DNA of 57,187 nucleotides, taken from NCBI GenBank assembly GCA_003693705.1, contig RBZT01000820.1, forward strand, positions 1 through 57,187. Direction: 5' to 3'. Made by a program: the position numbers and the translations under genes. The notes under the pieces were generated by a model. The model was not told the DNA's origin and did no database searches. It saw nothing but the letters and a program-made list of their open reading frames with translations. Below are positions 36,236 to 49,753 of this stretch, piece by piece; positions within the stretch are counted from its first letter, which is position 1; the number at the start of each line of letters is the position of its first letter. The stretch comes from Polymyxa betae A26-41. Lineage: Eukaryota; Protista; Endomyxa: Phytomyxea.

Positions 36236-37854
36236 ATGAAACAGATCGCCAAGGTTCAGATAGAGGCTACGCTTCGACGATTGCTCGATGTCCGTATTAT
36301 GCAGGATATGATATATTTCGAAACGGTCGTCTGGGTTGAGGCCAAATCTTTGCAGCCCAAAGGTTTCTAAACAATTACCATATATTGAATTTGCTTACTC
36401 GTACGGTATATAGGTTACTTTGTTTTACTGGTCTGTAAAGAGATGCTTTATCTGATGGAGCTCGATGAGAAAGGACATCTTGTTCCAAATGGTAATGGCT
36501 TCAAACCGTTTGAAAAGATAATTAAATGTACTACCTAGTGCATCCAGTAGAAATCCCATTGCTGAATGTGACAGCGATTGAGCGGCTTCGCGACCCTGCC
36601 AAATTTCTTGAGGCAGAACTAGCGCGTGATACTCAGCATATTCGACTGTCTGTCGACGACCAAGTAGCTATCGATGAGTTCATCAATCTATATGTTATCT
36701 TCGAAGATTCTCACGTCCACTGTTACCTGGAGACTGCCTGGTTGGCCCTGCAGATGACGTTGGCCTGGCCTGAAATGGCCTCCCAATCTCGCTGTGAATT
36801 AGCTCTTCGCCTCAACATACAAGATTCGTCCACTTTGTTTCGAGCTCTGCGAGAACAGCTGCTTACCGCAACGAATCGAGCAGAGCCTCTCGAGAATATT
36901 GCTGTGGTTATCGGCTTGAATCAATTCGTTAAGAAGACCGTTCTTCAGGTTTGTCATTTGGTTGCTATACAGTCTCACTTGCTGCACATTAATCGTGCCT
37001 AGTAGACGCCAGAGGTTCTTTCCGCTGCCTTCGACTCCTTTAGTGGAATAGCGCCTCTTCACGGTTGTGGCTATTTCGAATCGAGTATAAACCATGTCAA
37101 CGAGTCAACTGAAAAGCTCCCAATGCTGAACATGTACATTGCAGTCCTGATATTTTATTTCCAGCTGCTGTCAGGCGGGGTCCATTATCCCGATCGGCTT
37201 GTACTATTAGATGGCACATTTCATACCGTAGAGGCATTCATCGACTCACTATTGTGTCTGCCTAATGATTCGGAACCAAAACCAATTTATTCGTCTCAAA
37301 AGTCGTTGGTTGCTTTACAGCCACCGTTGCTGACAAAAGACCGTTCCTTAACTGTGCAAAGGGGTGATGCTTTGATCGTGCAGGAACAGACCCTGAACCT
37401 CGTTCAGCGAAAGCTAATTGAAATCGATCATCTTCAAACGGCAGTGCTGTTTCTGTTTCAAAAGCTGATTGAATATGGAACACATACAAGCGATTGTAGT
37501 ATACGTCTAGAATCAGATTTTTTATTGAAATATTTACTGGCATCCAACGAGTTCTGCGAGAAACGTATTCCTAGGTCGTTCCAGCGAGTGGTTCATCTGT
37601 TGAGATTACCAACCACAACATGTCATGGACTGTTCTTGTACATGCATTGCTTTATGCTGAATTGGTACTGCGACAACAGTGCAAGCGTTAGACAAATTAT
37701 TCGAACCAAATGCTTCACCGAAATGCAGCTGTTTTCTGGATTGTTGAAAGAAAAGCGAACCCCGAATCGCCATGATTCACTATTTTATCAAAAAGGAAAA
37801 GCATTATTACAGATGGTTTTAGATAACATTTTAACCGACATTGATGCTAACTGA
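36236..37854 (+). CDS. C12orf56 (DUF4551)-like protein, multi-exon
   Basis: IEATLRRLL..MIYFETVVWV..LYLME..IPLLNVTAIERLRDPAKFLEAELARDTQHIRL parallels C12orf56 LDVFLRRHL..VRAYEPCIVV..VYLTE..VALRDVVAIDLIDDYPEFLSSPDREISQHIRI as recalled. Confidence 0.65.
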
Positions 37855-37891
37855 TTGAGCAACAAGTTTAGTTAAAAAAATAATCATAAAT

Positions 37892-39682
37892 TCAGACATT
37901 TTCGTTCTCAATTTCGCTCTCATCAGAACTGCTATCGAGTTCCGTTAGGAATTGAGTTTCCGATGCCGTGTCTGATCTGAGATGCGACGTGGCAGCAGTT
38001 TGAGAATAAACTTCCGATGTCATTACTTGGATTCTATCAAGTAGAGCAACTGCCTGAGCATCCACCTGAACGAATTCATCGCTGGAAATCTGGAAGCACG
38101 ACCAGAACGGCATGTGCGTTCTTTTTACATCGGAAATGACTTCCAGCAGTTCGAGGGAATCCAATGACTGCAAACGGGTTAATTAACAGGAAGACTACGA
38201 GATAAATATTTACCTCGGTCAGGTCAAAAATCTCACCCGATTCAAGCCCATCAAGAAGCACCTGGACGCATCGAGTTGCGCATGCGCTGATGGCATCCAG
38301 ATTGTAGCCACCTTCCAACGCGAGCACGATTCTCGGCTGTACCTCGGCGAGTGCAGCTGTCATTTTACCGAAACCCGATGGTGAAACGGCCATGCCACCG
38401 CTGTAAAAAATCAGGGTTCATTTTTAGCGGCTCTCAATGGACCCACAGAGGATCACCAAGAGCAGCGTCAAAACCAGCTGATACGATAATCAAATCCGGA
38501 GCAAATTCCTTGGCCATGGGTATAAAGATCTCATTCATCACAACAATGTAGGCGCCGTCTCCCACATTGGCATTCGGTAAAGGGACATTGACCTAGAGCA
38601 AAATTTTACCATAAAGATGGCAAAACCAACAAACTTACACTGAAACCTTCGCCATCATATTCACCCACATCTTCTACGAATCCAGTGCAGGGATAGAATC
38701 CACAGCCGCGATGGATAGACTGGAATAGCACAGTTCTATCTTCATAAAAGATCTCTTCCGTTCCATTGCCTGATAAACGAATCAGACTGATATCAGCTAG
38801 CATGAACCTTCAGAACAATACCATGATGGACATCCCAGTCGAATATCAAGATTCTTTTGATAAGAGAATGGCGTTTTTGTATTGTTTTCGCTGCCATCCA
38901 AATTATTTAATGCTAGTGACTTTAGTAGACCGCCACCTGCCTGCAATCGCAACATTGTTGAAGAGACAGAATCCAGACGGGCCATTAAGTCCAGCATGAT
39001 GTCCAGGCGGTCTTAATACAGAAATCCCGTTGTCTAAACTACCCGAGACAACTCTATCGCAGAGGTCTTCAGAACTTATTAGCAAAGAACATCTGGCAAT
39101 AAGAGATTTACCAATTAAGCCACCAGCTGCAAGGAGCGCAGCGGTTGCCGACCCTGGGCCGAGATATGTATCAGAATCAAGCATTTTATAGGAAGGACAT
39201 CCATCCTGATCGGCTGCGGCAATCTCAGGCGAAACGAATCAGAAATAGTCTGAAAATCGCAACCTTCAAAATCCAAGATCGAATCTATATGAGATTCGGA
39301 ATGGCAAGTTTTTAGTTCATCTAAAGTGGCTTTACGCGCTTCAACCCTAATACAGCGATCTACCAGCCCAGATCGTAGAAGTTCATCCTAAGGGATGTTC
39401 AGAGGCATCCCGACGGTATGAGCAAGTCTATGTACCCAGATGGCTATCGTCCTTTGCGGACGCTCGGTATGAGACATGCCATCGGGAAGGCAATGGCCGC
39501 TGCATCGTTCATCATAGACGATGCCGGTCGGCATCACCTGGGCTGAAGACAAGATCGATGGCCAGCGACGGTCTTCGTCTGTGATTTGCGCACGTTCCTC
39601 AGAAAGCTCAGCGCAGATTTCACTGAAACAGGGAACGAATCGTAATTTGTACAATTTACTGAAGGGTCGAAAAAGTCTTCAT
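37892..39682 (-). CDS. Class II histone deacetylase (HDA1/HDAC6/HDA15-like), multi-exon; start uncertain
   Basis: TGIVYDERC..H..HTERPQR, RPPGHHA, GFCLFNNVAIA, ILIFDWDVHHGNGT, FQSIHR..FYPCTG, PDLIIVSAGFDAALGDPLG, LALEGGYNL. An additional upstream exon (to about 39825) cannot be excluded. Confidence 0.93.
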
Positions 39683-40294
39683 TTCAAGCTACGACGACGA
39701 AGCGGGACCATCTGTTCAAGTTCGCCGAAGGGACTCAACATGGACAAAGCGGCCTGATCGGATTTGCCCATAAATCGTGGAATGTCTTCAGAAAAGAGCG
39801 TCAAATGGTTTTGCATGGCAATCATGGTCTTCTTGTATTTGGGTGTCGAGCCTTTCTAATTAATATAAGCCATCAGCGCAGGAACGCGTTGGCCTCCCAA
39901 TTGCGTACAAACTAAACATCAAGATAAAAAGCCTGATTGTAAAAATAAAGTTGCCACGCTGGCACCCAGTTGCAGCCTTACGTGACATCTGGGGTCGGGG
40001 ACGGGGGTGCCCACCCCAGACTGATCAGAGGGAACCGGACCAAGGTCGTGCCGGCAATGTTATCATGCGGGCCAACGAATCTCTGACTTGTGACAGTTGG
40101 ACTCTACAATGGGATATGGGTGGCCGCGCCTGGCCGAGCCCAGCACTTGGGCTAGAAATCAAGGTCCAAAGGGTCGAGTTCTGCGGTACGGAGTAAGTTG
40201 CTGTTGTGTGTCTTGCTATTGTCTGTTGGTGAGTGTGGCGGCTTATCCAATTTAACCGGTTCGAGTTTATCGTCGGCGTTGGCGTGTGCCAACG

Positions 40295-43200
40295 ATGTCG
40301 GGCTCCGCTTTGTACGAGTCGTCGCCCGTATCCTCGTCAATCGCCGGCGTTCTTGGCCATGAAGTCGATGGCAGCGGATCACCTGTTAAGGTGCAATCCT
40401 ACGAGTTTCGGCGTGACTTAGTTACGAGCACTTGGGAATCAATCAAGGTCGGAAGCCTAGACTGGCATGAGATTACATCGCAACATTCCAATGCGCTCGT
40501 CGTTCGTGTTTCGTCGATAGTCAATGAAAACGAGCCCGACGAAGTCATGGAGCGGTTACATCGTCAGGATTTCGCCGCCGACGCGCCTCAACCCGCCCTT
40601 CACGTTGTTTGTATGTTTAAAGAGTTCGCTGTATCGGAATCATCACCTGTTCGATTCACTGCAAACTTTCTGTTTATTTTCCCGGAACTGGGTAACGCTC
40701 TGCCGTCTCAGTTCAAAGCTGGTAAAGCGCTCGTCAAAGATTTTGGTCGCTGAACTCATCGCGAACTTTAGCTATTCGAAAGGTGTTATCGGATCGCTCT
40801 ATCTCTTATATAACGGCGGAAATGCTAGGGAGTTTTCTAGCAAGGCGTGATTACGAAGCTCATGCTATCACGAAGCAAGAGGCACAGGAAAAATTGGCCC
40901 AATTTATCCACGACCGCGAACCCTGCTCTTCGTTCTTTTTGAAAATGTCCCCGGTTGTCCCTGAATTCTGTAGGCTACTGCTGTTAGAGCTTTCTGAAGG
41001 TCTACATGAAGTTTAACCCCTCTAAGATATTTGTTTTGAAATTCAGTAGGCGATGCTCGGGAGCTCATCGGTGTTCGTGCGATCCATAAACTTGCCATCT
41101 CTTGTACGTCTTCGTCGATGGCATCGCAGCACAATTTCCTGGAGACGATGGCGGTCATGAAGACTGGCGTTCACCCAAATCATTGGAACTTCGTAGTCTT
41201 TAAGACGCTGATGCGATTGGCGACGAAGAACGACAGAATGCAACGCAAACATTCCTCGTCAGTGCTTTCGTGCCACGTCTCAATGCGTGACATTTTATAC
41301 TGTGCCATCGTTGCAGCCAAGGCGATTCCCGGGGACAGAACGACAAGTGTCAGGTCACCGAGATGCTCGATTTGATTGCTGACTCCCACCTCGACCCTCT
41401 TGAGAAACTGGCTGTAAGGATAATCTCTTCGGCCGACGGAGGCGACAGGTACCGGAATCTGGATTCAGATCTCTCCGATCAGGATAAAGAGCAGGTAACT
41501 GAGATCGCAAATTTCAGCTCCTTAGTCATATCTAAAATGCTGTTGCGTTTTTTAGGAAGCGCTTGTTGATTTCATGGTGCGAACGATCACTTCCGAAAAA
41601 GATTATCTATCCAATGAAGACTTCAAGGTTTTGTGTTGGTCTCATAGTGTGTATGATTGCTGATTATGGTACAGAAACTGCTAAACATGATTGAGGATGG
41701 ACGTCCTGCCGCTTGCCACCTAACCGGGGTTCTTCTCGAAAAATGCATCGAAGAGGAGAATTTCAATATTGGATGGCGGGTTGCATCAACCGTCGAATCA
41801 GTTAATGAGCATACAATTGAGGAGGTCAGTGCCTGAATTTGCACACCTTTGCTCTAAGTGTTGTTCATTCTCTTTCAGGTTGTCACACTTTGCTCGAAAG
41901 CGTTCTTCAAATACAGCCGCAATCAGCAGCAAGAAGCGAACAAGTGGTTTAACCGCGTCAAATGGTGTCTATTTCTTGAAGGCTCTTTGTTGATCACTAA
42001 GCAATATTCAGGTGTTTTGAGCGACACCATAAACTTCTTGGGAAGTATCCTTCTGGTTTGGCCCTACATGTTGCCGCTCATCGACGTGATTTCGACCTTT
42101 GCTGGCGATGGTTCCTGGTAATTGTACTTCACATCTCAGTTTGATGGAGAATCTCAATTTTTTACGCAGGCGAAGAAAGAAGATCGTGCATTTCGATTTT
42201 CGGCACACCATACTTCCTCTATTTTAAAAGCCGCTTCTTATGCACCAGAGCCTTCATTGCATATGAAAGAAGTCTTACAAGTACTCAACAGTTACCTTTG
42301 TGTAACTATAGGCTAAACTTACGCTTTAGGCTTACGATATGACACCGACTAATCAGAAATCGGCATTCGTATTTGAGCCCTTAGTCCATTTGTGGAATTC
42401 TACGAGCTCGCGACGCGATGAATACCGGGCTTTCTGGGCGACGATCGAATCTGATCTTCGGGCATATCTGGAGCGAGAGCTTAAGGATCCTGATCCACAG
42501 GACAGGAAGATGAGGAAACTGGTCCATTGGGACCGTGTTTTGGCCGCATGGTCGATGGAAGGCAGCGACCCAAACGCTATGGGGCTATATCCAATCTCTC
42601 TGAACCCAGATGCCCATGAAAATGGGCGCCGGGGTCGGCATGCGAACAGTACCTGGACCCCTGCTTCGGCCCATTGGAATAGGAACCCTGCATTCACCGC
42701 TGTCAATGTCCATAGCATGAACTTGTATGGGCACGTTCTCAAGCACTCCAACGTTATGGATGAGGTCGGTTGAGCTTTTATTCTTTTATTGATTCTCTAA
42801 TTCGCTATAGAATGCATATAATCGCACCAGTCCGGTCTACCACCCACATCTGGCTTACCCAGGGTATTCATCTCTCTGGAAATCAGCAGAACATGTCAAT
42901 AACGGAATCACGGGCGGCTCTAGTGTTTGGCTGAATTCGTCTCCATCTGGATCGACTTTGACTCTGGACGCGTCTGCCGCTGCATTTCGCCCAGGCGGAA
43001 ATGTCGCTGCGACCTGGAGCAACCAACAACCGGCCAACAAATTCAGACACGGGCATATCCATAATCCTGCTGACGGTTTGACTGTTTGCGTTTGCTTTCA
43101 AAATGTGCTCAAACTTCGTCCTTAGAACCGCTGGTAGACTGGTCAGCTGCGACTTCTGTTGTTGGGCGATCATCTCCTTCTGTTGGCTCTGTAGCGTCTC

Positions 43201-43319
43201 CATCCAGCGCGCCGTCTCCGATCCACGACTATCGCCCAGCGTTCACAAGATCATTTGCCGATCCTGACATGAATTCGAAGCAACGGCAGACGCGGTTCAG
43301 TGACTCTGTATGCAACTGA
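40295..43319 (+). CDS. Uncharacterised helical-repeat protein with disordered C-tail containing PAM2-like motifs
   Basis: A chain of short + strand ORFs is joined by GT-AG introns, giving an amphipathic helical core. The C-tail has SLNPDAHE and TLTLDASAAAFRPG. Exon structure approximate. Confidence 0.6.
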
Positions 43320-43765
43320 TTTGAAGCTGATATTGGATCTGATTTACGTCTGCAGTCCAATCCTTCGACGGAGCTTACCGAAAGAGAGGAAGGTGCCCCG
43401 TTTTCTGGCAATGGCGGTGTTTCTGATCTATGGCCTGCACGTAGTCCCCATTCATCAACGGCCTCTTGGCCTCATGCTGTGGGTTTACCTCTATGAAAGC
43501 CTAAATTGTCTGTCTGTCTCTCTGTTTATTGCGTGTACGAAGCGGTTATCAATGTCCCGTTCTTCAAAATTCGCAAAACCATCTATTACAATTGCCCAGC
43601 TTTATATTTAGTTACTATGTTTTAATTCCAATACTTACTATCTTTAAATAATACAAGAATCGACCTTATTTTATGTCTATTTCCTGCAGCTTCAGTTTGT
43701 GAATAGACGGTCTGAAACCCAACTGTTTGACAAATTAAACAATATGTATGATTTATTTGCAAGCT

Positions 43766-44989
43766 TCAATTTGTCAGCAAGCGCTTTGAATATCCCGCTG
43801 TTCGACACATGGGGCAAACAACACGGCCCGGAACGAACTCTTCAAACGAATTTAAGCACCTTTCATGGAAAACATGTCCACAGCTTGTCAGATACCGAGG
43901 CTTATTTGGTAACAGTGCCATCATACAGATTGGGCAATCATCATCGAGTCTGTGGTCAGCCTATGTTGAAATTGAGTTCCAGACTCTTAACGGTGGTGTG
44001 ACCTTAAGGCAACCTGTTGTCTTATCTGTTCCCAATCTACTGTTGGCTTTAGCCTTTCGTCAACTTCATCGAATGTAATTCGACTGATATGAAGATTGCT
44101 GTCAATTTCAGAGAATAGAGCGAGAATCTCATCAGAGGAAGACAACGTTTTCAACACGAGATTGTCAGTGGCTTCGCCCAACTAAAATCTCGATCGTGAG
44201 GGGGCCAACTGAATCTACAGATTGAACATGACCTTTCGAATCAAAAACTTTTGTTTTAGGCGATGATCGGCAGGCTCATAATTGCTCCATATTTCACGAA
44301 AGGCCTTCCTTTCTCTGAATCCTCGATAACAGGATTGTATCCGAATGGCACAGCGGACCGTATAAAGTTGAGCGCCATCAGATATGGCAGTCTGTAACGA
44401 TTACGCATCAGATCATCATAGCTGTGATTGCCACCCACACTATACTCGAAAGTAATCGGATGTGCGACATAATGGGCAGATTCGGGCGTCGGAGAACCTT
44501 TCCAGGCTGCGAAGACAAGTCTTGTGGAAGGTATGAGAACAGCTCAGCAGCACCTAGGAACGTTTAGTTCAACGATCCCTGGCCCGATCATGCAGACTTG
44601 GTTATTGGCGGTTTTGAAATATTCATGGCAGATGGCACAAGGGTGATTGCTATCGTCTCTGCTTAGAGAAGCATGGCGAATTGCCTCCCATTCCTCTAAG
44701 GTCGGACCCGCTGCTGGCCCTGGTTCGATACCGATTTTCTGGCCTTCAAGAATGACAAATGTGGACGAGTGTGCCGATATCAGATCACCTAAAGTCGGCT
44801 GCTGTTGTCGACGTCGTGTCCCTCCAGGTCTTCGACTTCTGATAGGATCTAAACTCACGTCCAAATCCTTTGCGATTCTATGCAAAGGCAATCAGCAAGA
44901 ATTTTCGAATCGGCAAAAGTGTCTGACTTTTGCTGCAAAGCTGCACTTATAAGCACCGAGCTATATTCTGACTTTGACTGAGCGGACAT
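43766..44989 (-). CDS. RNF32: RING finger protein 32-like (RING-IQ-RING)
   Basis: SAALQQK|IAKDL, PTL|GQKIGI, EEWEAIRHASLSRDDSNHPCAICHEYF..LLSCSHTFHKTCL..CPLCR, IQ motif AIRIQSCYRGFRER, second RING CPICMM..TSCGHVFHERCLNSFEEF..CPMCR. Confidence 0.9.
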
Positions 44990-45136
44990 ACTTCAATGAT
45001 TGTTTCGATCATGGGGCCAGCATTACCTACCGGTTTTCTCCGACCTGGCTGCGATCTTATCATGGGACAGCACCAATGGCCTGTGACCTGCATGATCATC
45101 TCTACGACTAACACAAATCCGCCAACAGTGTTTATT

Positions 45137-46540
45137 TCATCGAAAAACACTGAGATTGCTCAATTCTTGTTTGTCGTTCTCGAAATCGATCACGTCATCT
45201 TCGGTTCCAATCGGGATCTCCAACTGCTTCATGATATAGATAGCTTTGACAAACTCGATGAAGTTGAACTTGTCTTTGGCGGTCTTGTCGAAATCCAGAA
45301 CGATTCGAGCCATATCGTCTTCAGTCGGACTGAGTCCAACATCTGCTAATAGCTCTGCTAATGTCAAAGTATCAATCCCATGTGATCCATATTTTTCACA
45401 AGTTTCTTCAAACAGCCTAAATCCGAATATAAGCGACTTTTTCTCCAATCATCCCCTCGACACCGACCTTGACAAATCTGATAGTTCCTGTTTATCGAAC
45501 AAACACTCGATGTTCAGCACAGGCATGGATCTGACAGCGGATCGAGCTGTCTGAATATCATGAAAGCGTGTCGCTACGATCTTCTCAGGGTCGCACACAG
45601 TCAGCTAATCAGGAGCGAATTGAGTTTCCAAACCACACGAGCAACATGCAGGTTACATTCGGCAATGGAACTGGATCAGTCGCCAGGCTTTGCTCATCGA
45701 TGGGCCCGAATACGCCGCATTGGGCAACGCCTCGCACCCATTCGCCCTCGTAAACCATGCCGCGGTCACGATAAAAAAACTGCCCTTTGCCTTCCTTCAA
45801 GCTGTTTCTCCATTCGCCAACATATTCATTGCCGTTCACTGCGAAACAGATTGTCAGCCGAAGACAATACCCAAACGATGCCGAGCGACCTTGGATATGC
45901 CTTCCCCAGCCACACATTCTGCCATCGACCCAGCCTCCAATGTATAAGTCGCCGGAGACCATGATCTCGGTGCCCTGTCCATGACGGACGCCGTTTCTCC
46001 ATTCGCCTTCATACCGATTGCTGCAATCACCGTTAACGCCGGCGTCATTATATCGCAGGCACGAACCCGTTCTTGTAATAATAGGTGCCTAATCCGTGCT
46101 TTAAATCATAAGCCCAACCGCCCGAATACACTCGATGAAGCTTTTGATCGGGTCCTTGGATGTAATAAATCCCATTTCCATGGCGGCGATCTTGTTTCCA
46201 ATCACCTATATTGCTGTGACTACCCTCGACATAATCGCATGACAATCAGGTGACCTTCGTATTTGCTTCCATTTGGCCATATGTGAATACCGAAGCCATC
46301 GCGCAGGTTGTTTTTCCAATCGCCAACGTAGGAACTGCTGATCTGCCAAGTCTTATCTCTTTGACTGTGCTGCGATTTTAATGCGATTCGCTGCTCGAGG
46401 CTGAACTTTTTTTCTTGAACCCAGTACATGCATTTCCTCGATCCTGATTTGAAAGATTCTGCATTCGGATGCCTTCTAAGCCCATCAGTGTTCACCAAGT
46501 CTGGCCTCCCCATATCGTCATCGGCCTGCATCGTACTCAT
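45137..46540 (-). CDS. MORN-repeat protein (MORN3-like) with C-terminal EF-hand pair
   Basis: Repeated YxGxWxxxxRHGxG MORN units (YVGDWKNNLRDGFG, YSGGWAYDLKHGLG, YEGEWRNGVRHGQG, YEGEWVRGVAQCG), then LAELLADVGLSPTEDDMARIVLDFDKTAKDKFNFIEFV. Confidence 0.88.
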
Positions 46541-46599
46541 AGGACCAACACAAAAATCATCAAGTACAATTCGATCGTCTAACCATTTTTGCATTTTAG

Positions 46600-47723
46600 C
46601 CTTAGCAAAAAATTCATCAGAGCATGTTTAATGAATTGAACATTTAATGAATCTTCTTCATACAGCGTGAAACATGCCTTGCTGTAGCGCTATCTATTAG
46701 ACTTACAGGACTGTGAGAAGGGACAAGTTCTTAGTCATTAATATTGTAGAATCATTATACAAGGGAGTGAATTATAGTATCAGCGTTGCCAGCTGAAGCC
46801 GGCCGTCTGCATGCGTCTGCATCTGCTACCGTCCTTGATGATCCCAAAGCAACGTATGATATCGTTTCAGAGTGTGTTTGGCAATCACCCTTGTTCCGCA
46901 ACGGAAGGTTTCGGCAATTTTGCAAAAAAGGACGTTTGGCATTTAAAACCGAGGCTCAGCTTCAGTTTTCAAAACTGCACCAAAACGGGAGTTTTTTGTA
47001 TGGATCTCGTAGAGTGGGTCAGCTTCTTCGTGACAGCTTGGTACGTCACCGCGTATCTGCTGAAAGAGCCATCTCGCACCTGCAAATTGACGGGGCAGGA
47101 ATCTCAAGGACAGCCACGACCGTTTCCGCCAAAATATTCGCATAATGATATTTCTAGAAAGGTTTCTATTGCTAGGCGTGCCAGCAAAGACCGGGAAAAT
47201 TTCGGTTATTCTGTGAAAACCCCAAAAGACATTCAAATTTTCGCACAAAAACATACCCTTTTGGTAAGTACGACACGTTACAAACCAGCAGACCAGCAGA
47301 TTCCACGAAGATTTAAATGAGATTAAAAAACATACAAAAACATTTCTGTAGAAACCCATGAATGAAATCATTTAATTCTTCTGGTCTGTCGATCTGTTGG
47401 TCTTCATTATAATAATTTCTCACAGACTTTATTGAAATTTATGGAAACTGTGCGAGCTTATGATGCTGTCCCTTTTTTATGTACTGCAAAGGATGAAATG
47501 CTTCAAGAGACTTGGCGTTATGAAGATTACGTTTGCAGTCATCCACTCCAAACTGGGAGAAGGGACACATGTAGACCAACCGGACTAAGACTGGTCCCTT
47601 TTCCCAGTAATGAGTAATCACAGAAAGCCTTTTTTCCTTAGGAATCACGAACTTAAACGAAGCTGGGAGCATCACGGGAAATAGCAACCGAAAGAGCAGC
47701 AGCAACGATGGCGGGACGATCAT
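46600..47723 (-). pseudogene. Possible decayed gene for a secreted protein
   Basis: Hydrophobic start MIVPPSLLLLFRLLFPVMLPAS. A protein-like frame continues through a TAA at 47439 (QFP*ISIKSVRNYYNEDQQIDRPEELNDFIHGF) and then breaks into stop-interrupted fragments. No family recognised. Confidence 0.25.
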
Positions 47724-47913
47724 TACAAGTTTTGAAAAAGGCGCCGCCTCCGTCACCAGTAATGCGATGAGATAGACATGAGGTGCGTCAGGGGTCTGAA
47801 TGCAGTAGAAGTCTAGACAGTATTGTTAGGCCATAGAGGCCAGTTATTGTCATCATTGTCTATAGACGTCGCAGTCGTTCAAGATCCCGGCGCTGAGACA
47901 GATACTGACGGCG

Positions 47914-49550
<1,637 letters not shown>

Positions 49551-49753
49551 ATTTACTCTGTTCTATTTTGTACATAAATCGTAATTATGAATAGTTCACA
49601 GCAACGTTTTGAACTTTTCTTTGTGGGATTCCGCCACATCGAATGGGAATTTGATGTTGTAACATAACATGTGATGTTGCATATTTGATGATCACGGTGT
49701 TTTGTGTTTTCTGTTAAGTGGAGTTGACACAAGATCTCCATTGATTGAGGGCA

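Noticed and set aside
40000-40065. TPP-riboswitch resemblance (ggggtgccc...ctga...gaacc.gacc..ggt..tgccggc)
   Set aside because: Lacks CUGAGA, the ACCC strand of P2 and the AGGGA closing motif; adjacent genes are unrelated to thiamine.
42883-43203. Protein-like minus-strand ORF (METLQSQQKEM...)
   Set aside because: Antisense to spliced + strand exons that have clear GT-AG boundaries; most likely a shadow ORF.
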